A stretch of 64,000 nucleotides of DNA. It comes from Phoronis australis. Taxonomy: Eukaryota; Animalia; Phoronida. The DNA lies in the NCBI GenBank assembly GCA_002633005.1, contig NMRA01000528.1, forward strand, positions 237,956-301,955, read 5' to 3'. Made by a program: the position numbers and the translations under genes. Shown here piece after piece: positions 56,067 to 64,000 of the stretch (its first letter is position 1; the number at the start of each line of letters is the position of its first letter). The notes below the pieces were generated by a model. The model saw only the letters and a program-made list of their open reading frames with translations, was not told the DNA's origin and made no database searches.

Positions 56067-56068
<2 letters not shown>
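51518..56068 (+). mobile_element. Decayed L1/Tx1-clade LINE (ORF1 ~51601-52460; ORF2 from 52740)
   Basis: ORF1 QQYSRRNMLVIRG and IFINDGLTQRR. APE ATLNCQGL..CLQDTH and TDHS..FWKFN. IRSKARWIEE..SKYF. RT NNKSPGSDG and RQGGPLSPYLF. Many frameshifts. Confidence 0.92.
53631..54294 (+). mobile_element. 5'-truncated Penelope-like element with inverted pseudo-LTR, inserted in L1 ORF2
   Basis: GIY-YIG C-terminus GNHFNSKNHNIQDLSVQIIEKL..RLKREQYWIDKLNTMEPHGLN. Inverted arms 53707-53939 / 54064-54296. TSD TCAACTATTTTTA at 53618-53630 and 54295-54307. Confidence 0.88.
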
Positions 56069-56115
<47 letters not shown>

Positions 56116-56243
56116 NCGGGGCATATACCCAATGGGGCATATATAGTTGCGGGCTATATATTATATATATGCCCCGGAACGAGGTCTCAAAATTTTACCC
56201 CACTGCAAGGTTTCAAATAATAACCCCATATCTGCATACAAAC

Positions 56244-56281
<38 letters not shown>

Positions 56282-56789
56282 ACTACAATACATATATTTG
56301 GTGAGATTAACCCCTCAGAATGTTTATGAGGCGGGCATTGTTTTTGCAAAGGAACTCCTGGATTTTGAAAACGCATTAAAACAAAAGAGTACAGCTGGTC
56401 TTATGTTATTTGCGGTGCATCAGACGTGCGCAAGCCCGTTGCACCAAACATCTGAGCCAAAAGCCTGAGAGCCCCGTTATTGATCAACAGGAAGTTTTCA
56501 AGTCTGCCTGTCTCCTTTAAGAGAACGGGCAGGCGTTTCCACTTGTTGCCATGCATTTTATGATGTAGCCCTGTGTTTCAACGTCAGTACCACACTCGGG
56601 ACACACTGGACTCCCCATATGCCCACCTACGACTTTCTGAGTCGGGCCAGGTGACAGTGGTCTGTCAAAATTTGAATGACGTGTCAATTGTGCCCAATGT
56701 TTCGAGTCTCGGAAGGTTTTTTTGAACCTTTTGACTTGATCAATTTGGGAAATACATTCCTGACCTGGGAGATATAAGGAGGATGTTAG

Positions 56790-57490
56790 ATTTTTTTGTA
56801 TATTTATTGGCAATGACAACATTTACAATAACACAAAAAGACAAGAAAACCACACACACGCATACCCCACACCTAATCCTCTTGACTACTAAGAAAAACA
56901 GTTTCACCATCTTTTTTGTACAAATTCTGAAATCAAATCCTTACAAGCACAATACTTTTCACTCATACAATATTTTTGATGAAGTTAAAATGTACTTAGA
57001 AGTAATCTTTTGATCCGAACTTTTGCGAAATGTTCCTTTTTATCAAAAAAATAAAAATAACATTCTTGCAGGAGAGAGTGCCGACACATTGGGAATTTGC
57101 TTTGTTTAAAATTTCGTTATTAACTTTTGTCCAAAGTGAGTTTACTGTTCCACATTCCCAAAGTAAGTGTTTCAAAGTTTCTTTCGATTGTCCACAAAAG
57201 GAACAAGGGTGGTCGAAGTAGTCAAAATTCTCGTCAAGAGTCTAACTGAAGCCACCTAATTCTTGGATCTCTTCTTGTGTTATATAGAAGGGAATGAACA
57301 TCTTCCCATGAAAAAAATATTTGTATTGACGTTCAGTTCTTTGGCCAATTTTGACTCCGCTTTTGAGACTTCGAAACTATAATTTAATTGTGTACAAATA
57401 TGTTAACGCCCTCTCTCACCACTTTTCAGTTTCGTTAAAATCGTTGGCATAACAGGATAATACGCAACAAAACTAAAAACTCTATCAATA
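56790..57490 (-). mobile_element. 3' end of the L1 (zinc-knuckle region and tail), inverted relative to its body
   Basis: Minus strand FDHPCSFCGQSKETLKHLLWECGTVNSLW and DPRIRWLQ; ends AATAAAtatacAAAAAAA. Confidence 0.85.
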
Positions 57491-57624
57491 TATATATATT
57501 ATATATACATGTACATGTGTATATATATATACATTCTGAGGGGTTAATCTCACCAAATCTCACCAAATATATATATATATATATAATGGGGACAGATAGC
57601 CCAAATAGAATGGAAGTAAACACT

Positions 57625-57674
<50 letters not shown>

Positions 57675-57714
57675 CATGTGTATATATATATACATTCTGA
57701 GGGGTTAATCTCAC

Positions 57715-57752
<38 letters not shown>

Positions 57753-57793
57753 AGTGTTTACTTCCATTCTATTTGGGCTATCTGTCCCCATTA
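57488..57793. repeat. (TA)n microsatellite mosaic with shuffled direct and inverted blocks (also 56069-56325)
   Basis: acattctgaggggttaatctcaccaaat at 57531 and 57692, inverted at ~56296; ~44-bp inverted pair 57585-57628 / 57749-57793. Confidence 0.9.
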
Positions 57794-59315
57794 CGACTGA
57801 GTCATAAACCCAAGAGGTTGAGCAGTTGGCCGATCCACTTGAAGTCGTTAAGTGGATCAGAAACTCATTATCTTCACCAGGGCGTAACCCTTCAAACCAA
57901 TTGACATTTAGCAATAGTATAGACCAGACAATAAACCAAAATGTATGTATTTTGTATGTTCTAGAAAGAATGTAGTGTCATTTCCTCACTGGAGAATTTA
58001 AACTTCAGTTTTTAGGATATGTGTCTTTTATGAAATTGCTATTTCGAATGTAATTAGCCAAAACTTAAAAATCTAAGCAAAATAATGAATTTGACAAGGA
58101 ATCGCCGCGTCTGACAAAACTACTTGGGTTTTTAGCACCTATCTTGTAACAAGTCCTATTTTATTGTATCATAAGGCTTGAAAGTCTAAAAATATAATAT
58201 GACCCTGAACATGAGTAAAATTTTACATTTTTTAATAACTAGTGTTCCCATGATATTATTTAGATGGGCTGTAAGAACTTTTACATAAGTTCAAAGCCAG
58301 TGATTTGTAATGGTATTGGTCGCCAACCCACAATGCTTGACATCATCTCAAGACTTGAGCAGAAGCGTCATGGCTCCTAGTCTCTGCGGCGCAAATAATT
58401 ACCCTATTAATACATATAAATTCTTCAAGTACAGGTTTTTTACTTCATTCCAGAAACATTTATAGAACTCGTAATTTAACTCGACATTTCCTGGAGACGT
58501 TATTGTTTGTACATTTTTTAAACTTCAGAACATTCACCATCTGTTAAAATTCCTCCAATTGTTCAACATCACTGGGGAGATTTTCAATATGTGACCAGGA
58601 AGTCATTACCAAATGGTAATGACTTCCTGATGCTACGTATATGACTTGGGAGTTTCCATTCGACAACGTGTGGAAACAATAGAGTTGTAATTGATTATCT
58701 CCAATCCAATTTGAGCAAGATCTTTTATAAACTTCCCATTTCTCCATTATCTTCATGCCCGCATGCGGGGGTTGGGCTCTCGAATGAGCCCTTCCCATTT
58801 GACGTACGTTGTAGTGGGCAAAACGGTAGGCGTCAGAGAAACACCAAACTGAATCCGAAAAATGAGAAATCTAGACACAATTCCATTAAATAAACAGGAG
58901 CTACCAAATTCGTCGAATGCACAATTCACAGCTCCGAACGTACACCATGAGACTTAGTAAAAAGTCCACATTCTCAAAAATTCGAGGTCCCCATTTTTAG
59001 GCTGGGTGCGCACATGCTCTTCAGTGAAACAAACAATTGAGCTACTTTCCTTGTCCTCAATTCACTAGAACTTCTCGTCATTTTTCCACCAACTCTCCGA
59101 TTTTGTAATAATTGCAGATTGATGTTTGCCTTTTCCAAATCTTGGTTGAAGACACGACTGTTCAAAAAGCACAGTCGTGTCTTCGACCAAATTTATGTCA
59201 ATTAATGGCCGCTACCGAACTACATGACTTGTATACAGCTTTCAAGCTTTACAAACCATGGACAATCCCTCACCAATTCTACCGTCTTCCAATTCTGCCC
59301 TTTAGTTATCATTGA

Positions 59316-60710
59316 AGGAGAATGCCACCCAAAAAACAGCCTATTTTGTATCAATTTAAATCGAGTAGTTCCACTCGATAACAGCAAGTTTAGCTCTTTT
59401 ACATGACGGCAGACGGAGGTGTTGAAATTAACCAATGAAGTCAGATGTTCGAATGCAGTTTGTTCAGCAGTTCACAACACGCTTACTGGTGGCAGCTTAT
59501 CGCTTGAATTCATCGTTTTACATCAATGAATCATCAAAATTTTCTGTGAAACCCTTACAAATACATCGACATATTGAATAAATGTGTTATTTTATTTCGC
59601 TGTTACGGATTTTTAGGTAACTATTTGACCGTACGCCTACCGTAGCCTACAAAGTTCGGTAGTTAGGCCTATTTAACAAGCTCGGACGCTGGAGTTTGGG
59701 GTCTGTACGCCGATAAATTCAAATTATTCCTCCGTGAGATACGGACAGGAGAACACACCATCGTGTTATAATTTTAGACTTGCGATTTTTTCAGTTCTAA
59801 ACACACAAAACGCTTGCTATCCCGACCAGTGACTCGGAACCCGATCAGGCCCATCGCGAGAGGACAGAAGACATCACGAACATCAACCAGCTAAGTTGGA
59901 AACTGAACTTCCAGTCACGAAAAGACAGTACTAGTGAGCCAAATAAATATGTGCGTGTTATTATTTTGGTGAATTAGCTGCGAAACCGAAAATCTACTTA
60001 CTAGCTTGTCGGGAGCCGCGAAGTCAGGTTGCCCTCCCACAGAAAGGTCAGGGCAAAAGTTGTACAGTAACAATGATTCGAAAGATGTATAATGTATGAA
60101 TGTCTAAATCTGACCATAGGATATACAACCGACTTATTGTTTCACAACAGCTTTCTGTCAGCAAACACTGAATTAGCATGCGCTCACACGGCCTCAGTCG
60201 GTGCCCAGAGAATTAGTTTATTGCATCTAAAGCCGGTAACCCAGTGGTTTATTCATTGCTGACTTCTCAAAACATTTGCACTCACGAACACTCCAAGGCA
60301 TTGCAAATTGTATCTAATGAGACAGACTTTGTTTCAATTTTATATAAAAAACAGAACGCAAAATGTAACGTGGCAATCGCAATCCCGGCTTAGACGAGTG
60401 CTCATCCGACGAAGACTTCACAGGTCGTGCGTTAGGTTTCACAGGAATACATTGATCAAAAAATAAAAGTGAGGCTCCGTAAACGTGCACAGACAACAGA
60501 ACATATGGATAATTCCGAAAACCGTTTGAATGACTTGTCAAGGTGTCAGTGAGCTAACTGCACGATAATGGAAACGACAGACGCTTGCGTTTGCTGCCAC
60601 GAAATTCCGCAAGTGAAAGGCTTTCTTGGAGAAGCGCAGATGTGTCTCACAGACCATCTGATTTCGCACCGCAGCATACTAACAGAGGTATGCTTACGAT
60701 GTTTTGAGTA
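59316..60710 (-). mobile_element. Kolobok copy 4: KolX-side terminus with KolX remnant reading inward on +
   Basis: TTGA|AGGAGAATGCCACCC with a different subterminal sequence; 60505+ MDNSENRLNDLSRCQ*ANCTIMETTDACVCCHEIPQVKGFLGEAQMCLTDH. Confidence 0.78.
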
Positions 60711-61559
60711 TCAGTCCACGGATCCACCGACCACTGTACAGCCAACAAGCGGCAAGGTTGGGGGGTCAGCCATTCAGAACCATGTTTAGTCTGATAAATC
60801 ACATTAGGGATGAGAGAAAATGGGTGAAGTATGACACCACAAAGTTTGGTGGTTTAGGAGATACAAGGGAAGTGTTCTGGGGGGCAAAATGAGGCAATTT
60901 CTTGGTGTAGAATGAGTCATTTTTGACCAAATTTTCTACTCCAGTTTCTGCTTCAAACAGAATCGTTTCTGAACAATTTTGATATCACATGATAGGTTCA
61001 TGACGAATGTCAGTAAAAACGGCACCGACACTGCAATATCGGTTACCATAGTCACACTGGAACTGTTTCCGTGGACTCACATTTCCGTCTTGCGAAAAAC
61101 CAGCAGTAAGCTGTACCCTTATAGCGAAGCTGCCCCCGCGAGAAAACTAAAAATAATAACATGGGCATGTAGAAGACTCCATGCCCTTGAAATTAAAACA
61201 ATAAAAACTTTGTCAGCCCTTCAGGCAGGCTTGGTAATAGGTGTCTAAATTTCACTATTTTCAGACTGCGTAAGTGTATTTGTCATGTTAAACCAGTCAC
61301 TAGTTGTGCGCCGTTTCTACGCATTATTATGCCGTGGTATAATACAATAATTAAAACAATTGGTTTGCTTAAATGTTTTTAATTAATTTTAAGGACACTA
61401 GCATTTCCAAATAAAATATGAAATTATACTTAATTTGTTCATCCAATTCGTCTGAATACCAAACTAAAGCTTGCAATGCGTTAGTTGAATGATGGTTGAC
61501 CTAAAGTGCGGGTTTGCGAATTTATCTATTTATCTGGCACTGCCAGTCGCATCGAATGT

Positions 61560-62890
61560 GGTATTTTCACAAATTGCGGATAGAAACAACTTTGGAAACT
61601 CTTGGGAAATGCACTAGGTATAGAGCGAGACATTTGAGCTCCTTATAAGAGTACGTGGAGCTGATGTGGAGGTGGAACGTGTCCTCGATCCTGAGAAGTA
61701 GTCTGTCTCAGTGTTTGCTTCGGAGGCAGGTGTGCAGGAGCTACATAATCTACCGTATTAGATTCACTTAACCGAATCATCGTTAAAACACTCGAGATAT
61801 ATTGGCGTCGCCAAAGACATTGAGAACATCCACTGCACACTAGACGAGAAATCTGAAAGAGGTCTGAAAAATGACCAAAGACGTTAAGTCAAGGTTCAAC
61901 GTCCAGCTTCGTGTGAGCTCGGGTAGGAATCACTAAACTCCAGGGTCCGACCCTGAGGAATATTTTTAGAAGCGGGTCATTCATGCAAAAATACTTTTAT
62001 TGACACGCCGTGATTGCTTATAACTTGGGCCTTATTGCTTAATCATATCTTATTCAAATGTGTTGATGTTTATGCAACTACATTGGCATAGAAAATAGGT
62101 AGTCATCATAACTTTTCATAACAACCACCAAATGTGTAACATAGCTTCTGCCCATGAACTACTTTTAGAGACTAGGGAGTATGTTATGTCTACCAATCAT
62201 TTTCTGCGATTATGAAGTTAATTAAACATGCTAAAGCCGTCACTTTAGCTTGGTATTCGTATTTTATGATCCGAAATGGCTACATTAAATTTAATATGTT
62301 AATTTTTCATTAATACAATTTTAGGAATCTGGAAAGGCTTATGCTGAAGAAGTGGCTTCTGCTGAAGTTGGAGACTTGCCGATTATTAGTAAAGGTTGGG
62401 TATGGAAAAGTTTACAACCAGCAAGAAGGTACCCTTTTGGACAACTAAGTGAGGGGGCTCGAGAGAGGCCGAAAAGTCTACTCCCAGAAGATATGTCAAA
62501 GAGAATTTGTAGCTTGAGGAACGAGTCGGGGAAAAAAGTATTTGTCAAAGATTACTGGCTTATAGCACAACAGGTCCAAAGTAATTTGTTGAGATAGGCC
62601 ACTTTCAGCAAATGTGGGGAAACTGCGACAGAGGAAGTGGAGTATGCATTGAAAGAGGCAATCTGCGATTGTCAAGGATGTAGCATTGGAAAAATTCAAA
62701 AGGAGGAAACAGTACAGTTGCTGGACCTGTAAATACTCTGGCTGATCTGCTAAATCCAGTGGGGGCATTATTGTATCAGCACAGCTGTGTAGGGAAGTAG
62801 GCTGGCTTGTGTGTTGTCGCAAGCTTTGTTTGCACCAGAACTGCTTGTGTGAACAGCACAAATCTAAAATTTACCTAGTCGAAGACTGAA
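61560..62890 (+). pseudogene. Decayed DNA-transposase C-terminal region, possibly Sola3-type
   Basis: After an acceptor-like ttttag at ~62324: KGWVWKS..RR..EG..PEDMSKRICSLRNESGKKVF..WLIAQQVQS, resembling a GW.LK..RF..K..P..V...R...G...F...L..QQI.S motif I recall from such transposases. Upstream fragment GVQELHNLPY. Confidence 0.4.
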
Positions 62891-63178
62891 TTTTTGTCCA
62901 GGCACGGATCATGATCCTGGGCCACATGGTAATGGTACATGTACATTGTTAATTTTGTTAAGCCTCTGGATTTTTTGGTCTGACAGGATTTCTCAGTGTC
63001 GCCATCAAATTTAGAAGATTTCTGTCATGACCACAGTAATATTCCTTTTCCTTGAAGATGCGTAATTGATCTCAATTTATGTTTCTGCATTTTATTTACC
63101 ATTATAGATTTTTGTTTGTAAATGGGTATATATTACTGAAATTTGAGACCCTGTTGCAGTTAGGCTAGTTTTGTTATC

Positions 63179-63530
63179 TTATCTTTCTGCCTGGGTTGTA
63201 AACCCATATTCTGTCCAGGAGGTAATAAGTTTTGTCGGACCATTTACCTCCATAAACTTTTGCTCAGTTTGTTCCTTATCCAGATGGGAAGTGATTTCTG
63301 GAATTGTAGCGACTTCACAGTTTGCTACTCCTTGAGACCATGCTGTGTGTTGTTAACTTATCTTTCTACCTGGGTTGTAAACCCATATTCTGTCCAGGAG
63401 GTAATAAGTTTTGATTTAGACCACTTATTTGTATAAAATTTGCTCAGTTTGTTCCTTATCCAGATGGGAAGTGATTTCTGGAATTATAGCGAATTGACAG
63501 TTTGCTATTCCTTGAGACCATGCTGTGTGT
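63179..63530 (+). repeat. Two-copy tandem duplication, 180-bp period
   Basis: 63179-63350 vs 63359-63530, diverged, no N at the junction. Confidence 0.9.
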
Positions 63531-64000
63531 ATAAAATCACACACTATTAGTCTGGTCTCTAGCAATTGCATATTGCCAGATCTTTCAAAGTTCTGAAAAG
63601 TGACCTGAAAGTAATACCTATTTCGTGATGGTAAAATGTCCAAATCAAAAGTTGTTTCATGCGTTTATGTCCACTTCAAATGATTTTTGTTGTAGTACTG
63701 AAAAGTATTGGCACATTAGCTCTGGTGGCTCCTTGTTTTTTTGGCGAATTGACCATTTTATGGTTCCCATGGGTAATTTTGTTAGTGGTCTGGTATGTAT
63801 GTACAACTGTAATCGTAGGGTAATTGTAATGCAAACCATGTTGCAAAAGTATTTTTTCATGACCATTTCATTGTAAAATGCTGCCTAATTGGAACCGACA
63901 TGCCAATTTTTCATTTTGTGGTGATTAGTTTTGATAAGAACATTGATGTGGTAAATACAGCTACCTCAAGTTTGTGAAGAAGAGATTTCCAGTGTTGTCA

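Overview
AT-rich animal (invertebrate-like) genomic DNA from a draft assembly, with one 138-nt N gap and single-N joins at 40553, 44319, 45481 and 56116. Most short ORFs in the track are spurious. One intact spliced gene can be rebuilt on the minus strand: a 3-exon, 124-aa secreted, probably GPI-anchored Ly6/uPAR three-finger protein (Quiver/sleepless-like; exons 25995-25947, 8706-8578, 7550-7354) with a 17.2-kb first intron. The rest is decayed transposons: four Kolobok copies (THAP plus a convergent P2X7-ballast-like KolX), three Helentron-type HINEs rich in CTCF-like motifs, an IS3EU-like element, an L1/Tx1 LINE holding an inverted Penelope insertion, MITEs and satellites. The most unusual signal is a strong excess of TACATGTA. 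Comparing repeat copies shows it arises by TA->TA(CATGTA) insertion, consistent with Tc1/mariner excision footprints. I found no demonstrably new gene system. Family calls come from motif recognition by eye, not database searches.
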